A stretch of DNA of 64,000 nucleotides, from assembly GCF_009834535.1 (NCBI RefSeq), contig NC_045696.1, positions 111,850,001-111,914,000 of the forward strand, read 5' to 3'. Position 1 is the stretch's first letter, and each line of letters starts with the position of its first letter. Below the pieces are notes generated by a model. The model saw only the letters and a program-made list of their open reading frames with translations. It was not told where the DNA came from and ran no database searches. This document shows, piece by piece, positions 1-14,874 of the stretch. Source of the stretch: Camelus ferus. Lineage: Eukaryota. Position numbers and translations under genes: made by a program.

Positions 1-102
1 ATCTTTGCCACTAAGGAAAAATAAGATATCTTTATTAATAAAATACTATAATCCTGAAAATGCCAGGTGGCAGAGGAGCTGCCCAAAAGACACAGTGCAA
101 AC

Positions 103-191
103 CTGAGTACCACTTTGTCTTCTCCTGATGTATGGGAATGTGCATCTGCACTGAGGTACCATTTTGTCTTCTCCAGATGTATGGGAATGTG
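103..191. repeat. Tandem duplication, 2 copies of ~40 nt (period 48-49)
   Basis: ctgagtaccactttgtcttctcctgatgtatgggaatgtg versus ctgaggtaccattttgtcttctccagatgtatgggaatgtg. Confidence 0.9.
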
Positions 192-769
192 AGGTCTCAC
201 AGGTTCCTGTGCTGCCTGACTCGCCAGCTGGGGACAGGGGCTGCCCCTCCTGCTCTCCTGCCTCTGCTCAGTAGAGCGCTGGCATCCAGTCCCGGATGCC
301 CCAGGAGCTGCAGGCATGCCTTGTCAACAAATACGCATGCATATTATATAATCACTCCTTTTCGAACAGATTTTCAGTAGGAGAATGGAAATAGTCTAGA
401 TTTGATTTCTCAGACTCTACTCTCCACCTTGTATTTCATAAATCATGATATTTTGGGACAACTTTTCATTTTACTTTGTGAATACAAGTTAATTATTTTT
501 CTTAGTTAGAATGCAATGCTGTGTTTAAGCCTCATTTTCTAGGGGGAAAAAGGTGTAATTTTGATTTCACTCACAGCAGAAGAAATTGCATACAGATTAA
601 ATTATACAATTTATGAAATGATTCCTACTTTAAACTTTGTGAATGTATTTCAGGGGGACTATATAAATAGAAACAGAGAGAAAAGAAATTACACGCTGTG
701 CATTTAGCATTTCTGGTGCTTTCCTTTTATGATGGAGATGCCTCACACGAGCATGGTATCTTTCAGTCA

Positions 770-1050
770 GGGATCCCCAGAGTCAGGGCTGCATCACAGC
801 ATCTGAGGGGTTCACTTAAAACATGCAGGTCCCTGGGCCTCGTGCAGGGATTTTAAGTCAAAATCCTGGAGTTGAGGCTAGAGAACTAGGTTTATTAACA
901 AATTCCTGATTCTTAAATGGACAAGCATTCGAGATCTACTTTTCTAACCTAATGCTCTCATTTTTATGATGAGGAAATTGAAGGTCAGAGAAGTTAAGAT
1001 ATTGGCCCAAGGCCACCCCACAAGTTAGCAATTCCTTGCCCAGTGCCTCG
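770..1050. mobile_element. Degraded MER5-like DNA transposon followed by a MIR fragment
   Basis: MER5-like wording at ~770-940, then the MIR core 'ttttatgatgaggaaattgaaggtcagagaagttaag...ggcccaaggccac'. Confidence 0.5.
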
Positions 1051-1194
1051 TATTTTGGAAGACTCTGCTGTTGCTAACCTGTCTCTTTCTCGTTTTTCAC
1101 AAGATCTTACCAGTGTGGGGTTATTTTTTGTTGTTTCCCTTGCATCACTATGTGCTAGCTGCTTTAAAAAAAATTAACAGAAAAGGATTTTTTT

Positions 1195-1288
1195 ATTAGA
1201 GTACAGTCAATTACACTGTGTCGATCTCTGGTGTACAGCACAATGTCCCCATCATGCATATACATACATAGATTCATTTTGATATTTT
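1195..1288 (-). mobile_element. 5'-truncated young L1 3' end with 16-bp TSD
   Basis: TSD AGAAAAGGATTTTTTT at 1179-1194 and 1289-1304; the body matches other L1 3' ends in the window (ctggtgtacagcacaatg). Confidence 0.85.
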
Positions 1289-3474
1289 AGAAAAGGATTT
1301 TTTTTTTCCTGATTCTCTTCTCTCAACTCTTAGAGCAGACCAAGGTGACCTCCAAAGGGAGAAAGGGAGAAAGGAGAGGGAAAGAAAAAAAAAAATGGTG
1401 TTCTCAGTTAACTGAGCCTAGCTCTTTTCATCCTATTTCACCCTGAACCCACTGCAGTTTGACTTTAACCTCTACTCTGCTGAAGACATCAGATGACGAG
1501 CCCCTTAATTCCAGGAACCCTGTGCGATAACTACCACATCACTCGTAAGGGATACAGTGAAAGGCAGCAAAGGATAAGCAGACTACAGAGTAAAAGCAAC
1601 TCCAAGTGGCTTCCCCACCTCACCAGGAAACTGCTGCTCTTGGGGGAAATATTGAGCAGTTTTGCCCCAGGACACAGTTTTAAAATTTTGCACCCATTGT
1701 GCTGTGGATTCATTGAAGATCTGCTCCAGCTCTTCTTTACCTTTCTCTATAGGCAGCAGTCTTGGTACATGGATATCTTCTCATTCTCCCTTGGGCACTG
1801 GCACTCACTTGCACTCAACCCACATTCTGGTTCCTTTTCTGATTGGACCTATTGGCATGATCCAAATGAGCTTTCTGCTACCGTAATCACTTCAGCAAGT
1901 GTGCATCTATTAAAATTGATGCTAATATTATTTAAATTAAAATCTATAGTTAAAATAATCACTGGGACAGTTTGACAGCTAGTGGCACATTCCACATCTT
2001 TTTAAAAACTTTTTTTGGCATGGTCAATTCTTATTATCCATCTTTCAGTCTTTTACCAAAGAGGTCCTTTACTCAAACTCCATTTTGAGTCTTCCTTTTA
2101 ATTTCACTATTTCTTTTATAGAACTGAACGTATATCGTAGTTTCCCTGATCAACCTAGAATCAGGTGACTTCCACAGCTGGACTTCTGGCTGACATCTTG
2201 GAATGTCTGATTTCCCTACCTCCATCCCCTGAGGTCGTTTCTGTGCCGATAAACCACTGCTGTTCTCAAACACAGCCATCTCCTCTGTGGCAGCCTTCTT
2301 GTTAGCAGCTGTGTATGCGCCAACTTGATGATCATGACGTCGTTGACTCAGGCCTTCAGTAAATATTATTGACAGCCTAATCTGTATTAAGAATCATTTT
2401 AGGTGTGGGGAATACAGCAACAAATAACTCAGACAAAACTCCCTGGCCTCATGGCATTCAGATTGTAAAGAGGGAGATGGATTTAAAGCAAGATACATAC
2501 ACACATTTAGATCGTGATACACAGACAAATAGATACTTGTCACAAATTCCAAAGAGAAGAATATTTCATTATTATTTTACCAAGACACAGAAGTAGGCTG
2601 ACGAACCAGGAGTGACTTCTTGAGCTGATGAACCTAGCTGACTGCCCAGCCTCTGAGCAGAATGGCTGGCAATTTGGTGTGGCTTTATTGCCTACACTCC
2701 CCTCCACCTGACAGATGATGCTTACAAACAGGACACACCACCATCCATTACCATCTCTCACTGTAAGCTCTGAATGCCTTAGACAGGCCATGGAGTTTGC
2801 ACAATTCCTTGAGCTAGCTGCAAGTGTCCCCCTTTCTTTCACTCTGGTTGCCCACATATCTGTGTGTCTTCAAGATAAGCTCAGTGCATCTTTCCTCCAT
2901 ACAAAATACTTCCCTCTTCCATCTGTTGTGTTAGTGATGTCAACTGTGGCCCCACCTGTTGAAGGACCAGCCATCTGGCTTAGTGGTATTGGACCAAACA
3001 TTGATTAGGAGAAACAATGCAGCGAAACCGTGCTTATTAGCATCTCTCCATCTTTACTTGGACCAAATTTGCTCTGCTTTGGTCTCACTGATATCCTGTC
3101 AGCTCTAGTATAGCCACTTTATTAAACAGTTGTATAGCTTTAAGTAAGTTCCTATCCATGGAGATAATTATTCCAACTTTTCCAGAATGTGGTAAGAATT
3201 AGAGCTATTTTATATAAAGCGTTAGGATGGCATTTGGTTATAATAGGACTCAATGCATGCTAGTAGTCATTGTCATTCATCTTCCATCTCCCTGGAAACC
3301 AGGCCTGGACAAACTGTATCTTCCAGAATTTTGACCATGGCCACGCTTGCTAAGATAACTTTCTCCTCATTCATAATGTGGCTTCATGTTTATCATCTTT
3401 TGTAAATTTGCAGTTATTTTCAAAAATGTTGTAAGAAAATCAGAGATGTTGAAGAAATTTAATAGCATGCAGTA

Positions 3475-3573
3475 ATATTTTATTAACTGGAAAGCAACTA
3501 AAATTTGGGATTTTTTTCTTATTGATATTTTATTAACTGGAAAGCAATTAAAATTGGGGATTTTTTTCTTATT
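3475..3573. repeat. 50-bp tandem duplication
   Basis: atattttattaactggaaagcaa(c/t)taaaatt(t/g)gggatttttttcttatt occurs twice, period 50. Confidence 0.93.
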
Positions 3574-6500
3574 ACTTTTTCTCATATGTTCACTATGGAA
3601 AAAATTAAAATACAGAGAAGCAAAAATTAAAATCACTTGTGATCCCATTGCTCAGCAATAATTACTTTTTAGATTTTGGTGTTTGCCTTCATATAAATAA
3701 GGATACATATTTTAAAATTGATGTATCTATATTTTCAAAAATAGAATTTCACTATACATAATGTTTTGTAATTTAAATGTTTGTGAATCATAATGTGCTT
3801 TTCATTATTTTTTATGATTGCATATTAATCAGCTCTACAGATGCATCGTAATTTGAAGCAAACCAGTCGCTTGTTGGATTTTTTTTATGGTTTGATCAGT
3901 TTGTTGTTTGGTTTTGATGCTCGTCAAGTTTTTTAAGAGAAAGAGGTACATCACAAGAAAAAGCAGCTCTTAGTAAATATTTCCCCCCAAAATCAAAATG
4001 CCTATTACATGTCCTGAGGTGATTCAGATTCAGTCTATTTCCCATACTTTTCATCACATCGTAGAGATGTCACCAATTTGTTGTGACTGTTACCGAGGCA
4101 CTTAATTCGTCCCCTTCCTGTCATGACTGGACGCCCTCCTATGGACTGAGTACTGCAGTGGGAACTGTGGGTGCCAGCACAGCCTTCAAGAAGCTACTTG
4201 TCTCCTCAGCATACGACTTGCACTTTTGGGGGAGAAAATATTTAAGCAAGACTTTTAAAAAGACATTTTTGATTTACTCCAAGATATATTTAATCAGCTA
4301 GATTTTGTGGTATGTATGTAATTGGTTACAGAGATATTTTTAAAATTTGAGTCTCGCATTTATGAACTAAACATATCGAACATCAAACATTCCATTTCCC
4401 AATCTCCTTGCTTCCTCTTTATCACATACTTTAAAAAATGCAATTTTATTGCTTATTCTCATGTAACATAAAGATGAACCGAACATCGTAATGACTGGAA
4501 AGGACTTCTGCAATCTGTGGCAGAGGTGTTTGGCGTTGCAGGAGGACAGTGATTTTGAGAGGATGTGACATTAAGACAGACCCTGATGGCCACGGATAGG
4601 CCTGTTGGTTCTGGAGCTGCGGCCTGTTTACAAGAAAGCTTAGATGTGAATTCTCTGAATTCAGCAATCCACACTGAGCTGAATACGCTGGCTCTGTGAC
4701 TTATTTTAAAGATGAGGGCAGGCTGTGATTAACTCAGCATGAGGCAAGATAAGTGTGGCCCTCAATCTCCTGACAAGCTATGAAATGTTGTAATCTGTTG
4801 ACTGCATGTTGATAAGATAGAGACAGTGTTCATTGTGGAAGAAAGAAAGCTTTCAAAGATACAGTTAAATCTCAGCTCTCTGGAATAGATGTTAGACCCT
4901 GCCCAGTATTAATTAACAGAAGGGAAATGTGTAAAAATATAACAAACTGCTTCTTTCAGAACTAACCACTGCATACATTATGGTGGGCACCATTAGGAAG
5001 CACTTACACATACAGGATTCTTACAGTTAATCAGAGCGATCCAGGAGTCATTCAAATGAGCTACCCTCATCTTAAACTGAAGGTATTCTGTTCCAGCCTC
5101 AAATCCAACTCCTCAGCTCCAAGTGGTTCCTTTTCCCAGCTTTCCTGTTTCTATCAATAATGCCACTTTATCATGAAACTTTATCGAGTCCTTCTTACTG
5201 ATCATTCCTTTAAAACATTTCTCTCTCCCGCCCGTTCCTTTCTAACCCCACAATATGACCCGAGCCCTCATCCCTCCCTAATTGCTTTCTGTGCCTCTGG
5301 TTTCTCCCTTTTGCAAGATAATCCACATATCACTGCTAACATGATATGTGATCTTTCTAAAACGTTCGTTTCATCAGATCAATCCCCAGTTCAAACTTGC
5401 CCTTGATTCCCCACAAATTGAATTCGTGGCACACACAACATTTTTAAGAAATGTTGACTGCCTGTTGAACTAACTCAATGACTGGTTTCCAAAATGTGTC
5501 AGGCAAACCACTAAACTATGTAAACACCCTAGGTTTCCAAAATGTTAAGTTTCAGTTTTGTTTTAGCTTAAATATGTGATTCACTAAACTTGAACTCGAA
5601 CTCGTAACCAAGACACTATCTTCTTTTAGGTTGTCTTCATTTAGAACAATTAAGTGCACTGTGGCATGGTAAAATGATTGTTGACAGTAAAATAAACTAA
5701 GGAGATTAAAGCTCTAAGTACATTTTTATCCTGTGACATAATTTAGAGTCACAATCTAACTTGCACCTCATTAAAACTTGATCTTTTTTCTTTTTTTGAT
5801 AAAACTTGGGATCATTCACAATGTGTATCTTTAAGGTGAGGATACTGATTTTCATAATCCTCACTTGCAAATCAGCCTCATTATTTTCTATGTCCCTGTG
5901 TACGCTCAACCCTTCCTCCCATTCTTTTATTTTCAGACCCAGCCAACCTGCCAATCATCTGTTGGTGAGCAGCTCAGAAGCAAGACCACCACTAAACAAG
6001 ACTGTAATGTTAGGGGTGTTGGCTACCGCATAAACGTTTGTAAATCAGTTGAATTCACTGAGCATGTTTAATCGATGCTGAAGAGAAGCTTCACATGAAA
6101 TAGTAAATGTTTGCATTTGGAGTGGAAGTACTTTCTCCTCTTCCACATTCCCTCATTTAAAAGTTGCGAGAGTTGTGATAATTTAAGCAAGGTTTAATAA
6201 GATCTTTAGATTAATCATAAAGCCCATCTCAAAATGATACATATAGTCAAAGTTCACAAGCTGAACGAAACCAATGAGTTGGTTGAAACAGTTCCTGGGG
6301 TGATTCTGGTGTATCATCCCTCTGCTACCGAAGTTTTTTTTTTTACCAGAACTATGTTTTAGAGCCCTAACTATTAGCTGATGGGAGAGTTTGCTTTTTT
6401 TTCTCTCAGCTTAATTCTTATAAGTACTCCTGAAAAATGCACATCTTGCTGATCAGTGACTGAAAATGGAGGAAAGGAAGGAGATTAGCTAGATGGACTC

Positions 6501-8382
6501 TGGCTGATACTGGATGATTCTGAATAATTAGCTCCTGAATGACTGACTGCAATCTGCACATTTCTTTGGTTCACAGTTTGAAGGTCTTTTAGCTCCTCTG
6601 ATTACACACTCTAAACTTTCTAATTGTAGGCTGAGTGTCAAGTTGCCCTTGTTCCAAGCTGCCCAGGAGGAAGTGTGGGAAATTAGTTTATGTTTCAAAG
6701 TTATTTAAAACCTGTAGAACTCTTTTAAGCTGTGGTAGGCTATTCCTGCCAATAAGCTAAATTTAACATTTCTCTCACTGTGCTGGCATGAGGTTGCTAC
6801 TATAAATTGCTATTGTGTGGACTGGAACTTCAGAGAGCAACTGTGTGTTCAGAGGGCTTCAAGCCAACTTCTGTTGCCTGTTTCTTGACCATCTTGCCTG
6901 CAGTCAATGAGTTAATACTACAAGTTATTTATTCTTAAGCAGAAGGTAACAGCTGTAGCAGAATCTGGAAAGACTCAACAGCTACCACAAAACAAGTTAT
7001 TCCCTGTTGATGTGGAAATCAGTAAGAATATATGATGTAAAAGATGAAAAATGCAGAAACAGCCTTTATATGCCTGATGGGGGGGGGTCATTATTTTTTA
7101 AATCTTTTAAGGATTATTCGTACATAGGAGCATTGTTTTCTTCAGAGGCCTTTTTAAACATTCATTTTTAGTATTATTAAGGCTGTTCTATTATTTGAAT
7201 TAGAAAATGTCAAAAGAGTATATATTGTTGACTTGATTAAATTTGCACCAAAAAAGGAAGAGCTTTAAGTGTGGTAATTTGAGGCAAATTTTGCAGGGAT
7301 TTTTGGAAAAATTAGATATTATGAACTTTTTTCTTCTTTTTAAAACGAATCTTCTTTTTTAAATGAATCAACGTTTCTGATATTCATAAATATAGACTTA
7401 AGTTTATTGATGGCTTGTGTTGTTCCATAAGTCTGTGTTTTGAAGTCAGTTAGTTGTTATAGTGGAAACATCAATGACTTTTAAATAAGCCAGACCTGGT
7501 TAAAATTTGGCTCTATTATATCTTAGCTGGAGAAAGTCCCTTAACGTTTCAAAGCCTCTTTTTACATGTGTGGAAAAGCAATACTATCTTCCCTACTGAG
7601 TTGTTACAAAGCTTAAAGGGAGTATACACAAAATGCGGAGCATAGCTCTTGCAAGGTAGTACGTATTCAATCAATTACAGTAAGAGACTAGTGGCAGTAG
7701 GTGTGGCTGTAGTTGTTGTCAGAACTTAGAATTAATAGCAGGAATGTAGGTTACTAGACTACACATAAAAATGAGTCTTTGTGGAGCAGCTTAGAAATTC
7801 CATTTTATTTAAAACCAAAGCGAACAAGATTTTCTTCATAAAATAAGGTTCAATTCCAAAAAAACAAAACCATTCCAGACCAACTTTTAAAAATTTTATA
7901 ATGAAATTAGCTTTAGCCTTTGGGGAAGAACACGTATTTTTACAAGCTAAAGAAAGTTGTTGATTAAAAGAAAGACACTGAAAATATTGGCAGTGTTTTT
8001 GACACTGAAGTGTTGATATCTGCTAGTATTTTAGCAAAACAGAGCCAGCTCTTACTCTTATTTCTTCAGGTGCTCAGAGCTTCAGGGTTCATGAACTGTG
8101 TTCATGCGGGTTACCTCAGGGGTCGGCCCCACCTTCCAGATGAAAAAACCGAGGGTCAAGCAGAATCACTTACCTGAAGTCACACAACAAGTTAACAGCA
8201 AAATGGGAACTAGAATGCGTTCATTTGTTGTATGGAAACATTTGTGGAGTGTGCCAGCAGTGGGCATCGGAGAATAAATGCACCTTCCCCCGCCCCGTCC
8301 TCCCAACACCACACACAATCAAAGCCTTCCTCTCCAGGATTTTAACCTTTCTCTCTGTTTGGACCAAGAAAGGCTCCCTTCC

Positions 8383-8694
8383 TGTCTCAGTCCATTTGCT
8401 GCTATAACAAAGTGCCGTAAACTGGACAGCTTATAAACAACGGATAGTTATCGCCCGTGGTCCTGGAAGTTAGAAGTCAGTGCAGCTCGGCAGGGGAGGC
8501 ACCTCTCCGGGTCTGCAGTCGTCTGGTGGTTCCTCTCTGGAGCTCCTTTTATAAGTGCACTGATGCCATCCACGAGGGCTCCAGCCCTATGATTTAAGCC
8601 CCTCCCAAAGGCCGCACCTACTAAACCATCACATCAGACAATTAGGATTTCAACAAATGAATGTTGGGCGGGCACAAACATTCAGACCACATCA
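8383..8694 (-). mobile_element. MLT1-family (ERVL-MaLR) solo LTR
   Basis: TG...CA ends; MLT1-type termini 'tgtctcagtccatttgctgctataacaaa' and 'cacaaacattcagaccacatca'; near-TSD CTTCC/CTCCC. Confidence 0.85.
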
Positions 8695-11600
8695 CTCCCT
8701 CTGCCAGTGCTCACCACCCTGGGAGGTCTCAGAACCAGAGAGAAGTCTTGTTACAACAAGGATGAGTGGTGCTGGGCATTCCAGAAGGTCTCCATCACTC
8801 AGATGTGGGTATTTTTGTTTTTAACTACACAGTAGCTGAGCACAAACTGTGTACCTCAAAGCATGAGAAGTTAATGCAGCTTATTTTCTATGTTCAGTAA
8901 CAGTCTATGATTACTGTTCTCTTTCAAAAGGATTTTTAAGTGTTTCAAACTTTAAAAAAAGAAAAGAAAGAGAAAAGCTTTTGTTCCTATTTTGCAGAGC
9001 TGTAGCACCAGGCTAAAATAACACAGACAAATATGAGGATAAACATTTAGGTTTCAAGAGCACAAGTATGGCTTTATTTTTTCCCCTTTTTGCAGTGTTC
9101 GTAACATTTTAAGAATGGAATCCATGACTAAGTAAATTGGGGTCTTGAGGTTTTCAGGATTCAGATCATAAGTGGGTTTTATTACTTTTCTCCAAAGCCT
9201 GATATATTACTGAGTTTCTCTTCCAATAGCCAAACTGAATAGCTTTGTTGAACTAGGTTCTCTCGCCCAAAAAGGAAATTCTAATTAACTCAAGCACTTT
9301 GATTCAACCTCTAAGCAATTTAAAGACTGAGGGTTGTGCTACGCTTAATTCTCATTTTTTTCTCATGTCCTTTGTGAGCTTCGTAAAACTTCTATGGATA
9401 TGAATCTTAATAGATTTCAGTCCTGTTCTGTTTTCACATTCCTGCTGTCCTGAGGGAGCAGTACACCGTGGTTAGTGTTGGTCTGGCATGCAGCTGGAAG
9501 AAGAATGTGAAGTTTATGGGAGGAGGGGCCTCTCTGCTTGTTTCTGCTGCCAGAAATGTGTATCTTGCAACTCCTAGGTTTCGTGCAAGACATGATGTAA
9601 AGGGAACCATGCACCTCGATAGGTGGTAAATAACTGCTTGACCAGTTCTACATGAAACGATAAGTTTCAGGAGGGATGTTAAGTGACAGGTTCAAGGCTA
9701 CAAGGCCAGTAAATCCTTTGACTGCTCCCTTTTTTCCAAGCCTCTCCCTCTGCTCGTGGCTTTACTTCCCTTCCCACACAGCCCTGACTCTGGGTTGACT
9801 CATCTCAGCTTCTGCCTCACTCACACTACCAAACTCCATCCCTCAGCGGGTCACCCTCCTCTGCATCACCTGCGATTTGTCAGGTGGGTCGTCCTGCCCT
9901 ACAGCCTCTTCCCGCCTTGCATGCTCTCCCTGGGCCCGTGCTGCGTGGCTTTACCTAGTAAACCGCGCTGGCATGTTGCGAGCTTTTATCTGCAGCTCAG
10001 GCTTCTAACCTGAGTTCCAGACCCATCTCCTCCCATTGAGTGGAGATAGTCCCTTGAATGTCCCAGGCAGAACTCACTTACCTCTCTCTCAGATCTGCAT
10101 CTCCTAGGGTCAAGACTCTAGGATCCTTGGAGGTGAAAAAAATGCCAAGAAATCAAAAGCCAAGAGCCTGGAGTCCTTTGCGTCTTCCTCTCATCCAAAG
10201 CTAATGAGAGCCTGGTGCACTGAAAGTTAGGCTGCATTGTCTCAGATGCTCATCCGTAATGCTATGATCTAAGTCACTGTGTGCAGAAGTTCAAGGCTTC
10301 AGGACGGGACATGTTCATTCATTTATGGCCTCAGTAATGATGCCAGACACCATCCCTGGATAAGAGCTCCTTAGACAGATGATGACCGGGTGTGCTACTT
10401 TCTTTACGTGCACTGCAATAGTTTAAACATTTCTTGAATAACCAGTTTCCCTGAGCGATGCAAGCACCTTCTTAACGTCTATGAGCTGCCCACCCCTCCT
10501 CCTCCTTCTGTGGGAGGAATTTGTATATAGAGCATTATCTCAATGTATGCCTTTCCAAAGGGGCCACCAAGAAGGCTGTGGATTTTCTTTGGGATTGATA
10601 TAAAACCTACATCACATTGAATAGGAAAAAAAAATCATAGTCCTGGGCCAGGAGAGAACCATAGGAGTAGGCGAAAGTAAACTTTGCCTCAAGGGCTGAG
10701 GTGCTTGAGGTGTCTGGGTTGTGGGGCAGGATCCTGCCATGACTTGACCACTGAGACCGCCTCCGTAGCTAGCACTTCTCTCAGAAGGTTCCAGGGCCTG
10801 CCACCGCCTTGCCCTCACCTCTCAAAAAGAATGTGGTGACATGGTTTTTACTTCTTCAACAAAGACTGGCAAAAAAAATAAAGGTACACCTGCTGGGGTT
10901 TGGCTTTTCTGAGGGGTTACGTGAAAGCGGGAAAGTCAAGGAGCCAGGAGGGAGCGCGTGTTCCTCTGAGCTGTGTGTGGCCCCAGCCCGGTCACTCCGT
11001 TATCCCCGCTTTGCCCCCCTGTTAAGTCATGCTTTTTGTACTCCACGGGATGTTCTCTTGGGTCCCTGCCAGAACACACAGGAAATGCCCTGCTTGGTGA
11101 TAAACATGTTTCTGACACACAGAAAGACCAAATACCTTACTGTAAGACATTCGCTATCTTGTTTCTAAGACCATTCCTGTATTTTCTTTTTTAAAAGTGA
11201 TCCTTAGATTTGAAGGACTTGTACTTGTTGGATTTGAAAAACTGATTTTAAAACTATGCTCACAGCATTATAGACTGTGAGATGTTAGTCACCAGGACCG
11301 CTTGCACAGAATAATGGTGGCTTGAAAACTGGAGTATTTTACTGCGAGTCTGTGAACTTTAAGAAGAGAATGAGAATTGTTGGATTCAGGAGGATGGAAG
11401 GGCCTTTCACTGAGACAGAGAACAGGCAGAGGAGCAGGGTGGGGAGGGTGGAGTCTGGGTGGCTGGGCATCAAGCCAGAACTTGCCACTCTTGCTCAAAA
11501 CTCAAGCAGCTCCCGCTTCACTGGGTGTAAACGTGGAGCCCTTCCCACAGTCTGCTCGGCCCTGCACCACCTGCTTCTCCAGACTCGCATCCTCCCTCCC

Positions 11601-12012
11601 CCCTTCCCTCCCTCTCTGTTTCTGGAGTAAAACCCAGGAGGTGGGGGGAGAAGATGGACCTGAGGGTACAGATGAGGATCTGAGCACAGTCTGTGGGAAA
11701 GCCACCTCTTCTGTCTTTGAGGAGAGGGATAAAATATAGGTGCAGAGGTAAGCGGAACTGTGATGGGCTGTAAGGCAGTGGGGCAGCAATGGAGGACTTT
11801 CTGACATTTTTTTTTTCCGCAATGAAGGAAGAGGTAATGCTATTGGCTGACAAGAGGGTAAAAGTAATGGATGGATTTCCAAAGAGAAGATCAAGTTTGA
11901 AACCACAGCTCTGGGGAATGGGATGACGTGCTGCCCAGGGAACCCTGCCCCAGATGTCCAGAGCTGGCCGAGGCCACTTGTGACTGGAGACCATGGCTCT
12001 TGTAGCAACACC

Positions 12013-12175
12013 GGTGTTTTGTGTTTAGCTTGCCAATTTCCAGGTGTATAGGGATCACCTGGGGATCTTGTTAAACTATGAATTCTGATTCCGTGGGCCG
12101 GAGGCAGGGCTGAGATCTGCAGCCCCACGCGCTCCCAGGTAACGCCGATGCTGCGGGGCTCTGAGTAGTAGGATG
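12013..12175. mobile_element. MER5A-like hAT-Charlie DNA transposon relic
   Basis: 'atcacctggggatcttgttaaa...attctgattc...gggctgagatctgca...ctcccaggtaacgccgatgctgc'. Confidence 0.75.
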
Positions 12176-13575
12176 GGTTTTGTGATTTTCTCCAGCAGTA
12201 CCCGGTGGTCATGCGGTCAGAGTGAAGCCAGGGGAGCGAGGGAGACAGGGCTGGAGTGCTGCCACGGGAGCCCAATAGAAGGGAAAGAGGGAAAAGGAAG
12301 TTGCGGAGGTTGAAAAGCATCATGGAAGGAGGAGCTTTGGTCTGATGGGGATGAAGGACTTGGACAAGATGGAAGGAGGCGTCTGATGGGTGAGAGTGAA
12401 GGACTCAGAACTGCGGGTAAGTGCAAGCTATCAGATACACTCAGCAAGACACAGCAAAACACTGCTGCGGTTCCAGAGGGGAGATGTAAATGCCGCTACC
12501 TAATCCTGGCATACAGGGAACAGCGAAGGAAAAATATTCTCCACAATCAGTTTATAGGACTTTGTAAACACACAAAAGCTAAACCAGGTGCATTAAAATT
12601 CTTATCCTCTTTCTTTTAAATTAAATGTCTCCCTTTTCCCCTGTTATCTTTACTCTGGATTTTAAATTTCTACCCAGCAGAGATTTTACTTTGGGATTAA
12701 CATTTATACATTGTACAGGGAGCTTGGCTGGTCAACATATTGAAATACTTTTCTGGGCGAGTACATGGACTTAAATGATTCATGACTCTAATCACTCTTT
12801 ATCAGGAAAACCTGTTGCCATCATGTTTCTGTTATTTCACAGGTATCTTTCTTGTGAATGGAACATCACCCATATTCTTAGAAACACAACTCTGTTCAGT
12901 AAAAGACTGAGAAATGTGGCAAGCCCGTAGTCTAAGTATTACACTGTTCAATTATACTGTTTTTACAACAAGGATCTTTTATACTTGAAAGGAATCTTAT
13001 TAACAATCTGTAGGACATAGCCTAGGCAGGGACCCTCCCCCAGCTCTATTCAGAGACCAAAATACACGTGTATAAAACATACCAGGCAGTATGTTTATTA
13101 AGTTCCAGAATGAAAAAAATAAAGAATTCATACTAAAGTCACCTTAAAAGGAAAGGTAAGTCCAAGTAATTCAAAACAAAAAGTAATTGCCAGATTTTTT
13201 TTTTTTTTTTGGCTTTAGGATCAATTTGAAGGCATGATTTCCAATTAGTGTTAATCTATATTCTGCCTCAACTGCTACATCTCTTTATCAAAATCTGAAA
13301 TCAATATTAGCAGTTGTTAGTCACCAACTGACACTAAAACTAAACAATTTAATAACTGCTTTAAGATCATTTATTACAAATGATTTCAGGCATTCAAAAA
13401 GGCATAAAAATAATACAACAAATACAAAATGACTATTCTTTCATACTCACCAGTCCCTCTAGGTACTCAGTAAATGTTTGTTGAATGAATAAATGATTCT
13501 CATTTATTATTCAATGCCTTGTCTCCATATTTATAGTACCCTTAGAGCCAAGGACAATGTTTTAAATTTGTCTTC

Positions 13576-13638
13576 ATTTTTTTTAGCGTATCTTTTATCT
13601 TTTTAAAAAAAATTGAAGTATAATCAGTTTAAATGTTG
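13576..13638 (-). mobile_element. Micro L1 insertion (terminal ~25 nt plus T-rich tail) with 13-bp TSD
   Basis: TSD TAAATTTGTCTTC at 13563-13575 and 13639-13651; 'attgaagtataatcagtttaaatgttg' is the antisense L1 3' terminus. Confidence 0.75.
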
Positions 13639-14874
13639 TAAATTTGTCTTCTTTTCCATCTTGCCCATATAATGATGGTTATGTGGTTGGTGTTCAGTAA
13701 ATGCCTGGGGTTGGTTGATAAATATATTTAAGGCCTAGGCTCCCTATGTTTGTATCTGTCTTTAAACTTGAGCCCTAACTGTTAGCTCTTTTTACTCGAA
13801 CCCAATACTTAGCTTAATTGAAGTTATTTCAATTGTAACACATTGATGAAGTACACCTCTAAAACTATAAATTGAGAGAAGCTGAAAGTCATTTAAACTG
13901 TAGCTTTTACTTAATTTTATTATTACATCCTAACATCTTTTATTACTGCCTTCTATTTTTGATGTCTGAATTAAAAATAGAGACTTGTTTAAAGCCCTGA
14001 TTTCTAATTAGAAGAAGAATAATTCAAATGCTGATACTGCAAAATGTTTAAGCATCGATTTCTCTTTTTCAAAAAAAAAAGCAGACTCAGCTTCAATTTT
14101 GAGTCCTCTGACTGCTACAGAGTCCGTAAAATCCCAGAAATTATTTCTGTACTTCCACGCGCATTCATTTTCAGCTTCTTCCTGTGGTTCGGTGTTTCAA
14201 CGCGAAGTTTAAGAACCACTTGCATTGGAATTGTCTGGGGTGCTTGTTACATAGATTGCTGACTCTCATCTCAATCTTTCTGTATCCCAGCCAGGGCAGT
14301 GGGGTGGCAGGTTGGCACCAACATCTTTAAGCTCTCCATGTGCTGCTTAAAGAAGCCAAGCTTGGCTAAATTGTTATTACTGTTCTCTTAGCTCTGGTTT
14401 TCTTGTTCAGCTTTCCCTGTCGCAGTATCTCTACATTTCTGTTCCTTCCTTTCTGCTGATCCATTCCATTCCCTGCCTCAGCTCCCCTCTGTTACTTCCC
14501 TCAAGGGCCACTTCTTTCCTTCCTGCCCCCGAGATCCATTTGCCAGTATGGAAACTTTGCAGTAACCCCTCTTTCAGAATCACTAGCCCTCCTCATTTCA
14601 GTCTCAGGAGATTAGTCACTAAAGACACTGGAAATCATTGTTTCATGTGTGAGGTGCTGTAGACCAGTGCTACTCAAAGGAGCCTATTTAGGGAGATAGG
14701 AAACTTATATTTGGCTAATTAATGCACGGTTGCCTTTTTGAGAGTCTTGCTACAATTTCTATTTTGGTGCAAGCTCCTCAACCCTTTAAGGACTCACCAC
14801 AAACAGTTCATGGAAGGAACTATCCCACTAACCACATTTTGAGTATCTGTGCTATAAATTATATTTTGGGGGAA

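Noticed and set aside
103..3573. Direct repeats (103-191, 3475-3573) as a CRISPR-like or satellite array
   Set aside because: Each has only two adjacent copies with no spacers in a eukaryotic context; these are ordinary tandem duplications.
11502..12323. 273-aa minus-strand ORF
   Set aside because: It crosses a MER5A relic and purine-rich degraded repeat sequence, has no recognisable domain, and has no exon structure I can support.
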